A stretch of DNA of 62,819 nucleotides, filler included, from Circinaria calcarea (lineage: Eukaryota): the NCBI GenBank assembly GCA_051942165.1. It is 13 parts of 13 records of this genome, joined end to end, with 100 filler letters (N's around TTAATTAATTAA, not from the genome) between each part and the next. Parts side by side here need not be neighbours in the genome. Positions count along the whole stretch, not along the records: positions 58,102 to 62,819 come from JAVECS010002210.1; 12 more parts are not named here. One strand, 5' to 3'. Under the pieces are notes generated by a model. It ran no database searches. It was given only the letters and a program-made list of their open reading frames with translations, and was not told where the DNA came from. Both the position numbers and the translations under genes were made by a program. Positions within the stretch are counted from its first letter, which is position 1. Each line of letters opens with the position of its first letter. Positions 62,285 through 62,819 of this stretch are shown here, piece by piece.

Positions 62285-62819
62285 ATGAAGCTTCTCTCAA
62301 CGTCAACACTGTCACTATCCACGGCACAAACCATACACTTCAGTACCCCGCTTCCTGCTTGGAAATCAGCGCCACCAACTTGCGGCACACACACAACGAC
62401 TTTAAGAACTCCACGACGCCGAACTCCTCTCCCCAACGTAGCAACTTTCAGCAGTACTACAGCGCGAGCAATATCCCCCAATCACAAATCTACCTCAATG
62501 GCCGCCGATGATAGCTCCACTCCTCCCAAAGCCGAGTACAAGCAACTCGGCAAGAGTGGGCTAAGAGTCTCCGTTCCAATTCTTGGTGCAATGAGCTTGG
62601 GGGATAAGAGATGGGCAGAATGGGTCATTGAAGAGGATAAGGTAGGCCACCAAAGCTCTGCCTACTAGTCAATACTAAAAGCGCGTAGGCTCTTCCACTC
62701 CTGAAAGCAGCTTTCGACAGGGGTCTGAACACTGTAAGCATGTACATTCGTCAAGTTGTTGAATATCTACTGAGACGGAGGCAGTGGGACACGGCAAATG
62801 TATACAGCAATGGGGTATC
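62285..62819 (+). CDS. Aldo-keto reductase (aryl-alcohol dehydrogenase-like), 3'-truncated
   Basis: [49 protein letters not shown], with introns ~62642-62688 and ~62734-62784. An alternative start at 62498 is possible. Confidence 0.92.

Noticed and set aside
1..62819. tRNA, rRNA or 5S genes
   Set aside because: No cloverleaf, T-loop context or rRNA signature was found by eye. tRNAscan-SE and cmscan would be needed to exclude them fully.

Overview
This is nuclear DNA of a filamentous ascomycete (GT-AG introns with CTRAC/CTAAC branch points, RIP-like AT-rich decay, HET genes). It is not one locus: 13 unrelated ~4.7 kb contigs are sorted by decreasing length and joined by an artificial 100-bp N44-TTAATTAATTAA-N44 linker, so adjacency across linkers is meaningless. 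Recognisable genes are BCS1, an HGT1-like sugar transporter, POL5, an RRM protein, an MFS (Tna1/Dal5-like) transporter, QCR2, ATP15, MAK10, an APC permease, a FolB-domain tail, NTF2, two HET-domain genes (one intact, one pseudogene), PKR1, SMD1, MTQ2, SDH7/ACN9, a small CaaX protein, a Sut1-like transporter, a DUF3431 protein, a GNAT and an aldo-keto reductase. ATP15 and NTF2 are missed by the ORF track. The accessory content is three solo-LTR families (several with exact 5-bp TSDs, two hairpin-rich), RIP-type pseudogenes (FSH1, HET, an ABM-like gene split by an LTR) and a decayed contig with a GIY-YIG-like motif. I could not support a clearly novel multi-gene system. The best leads are the structured LTR families, the GIY-YIG-like relic and a few unusual small proteins.
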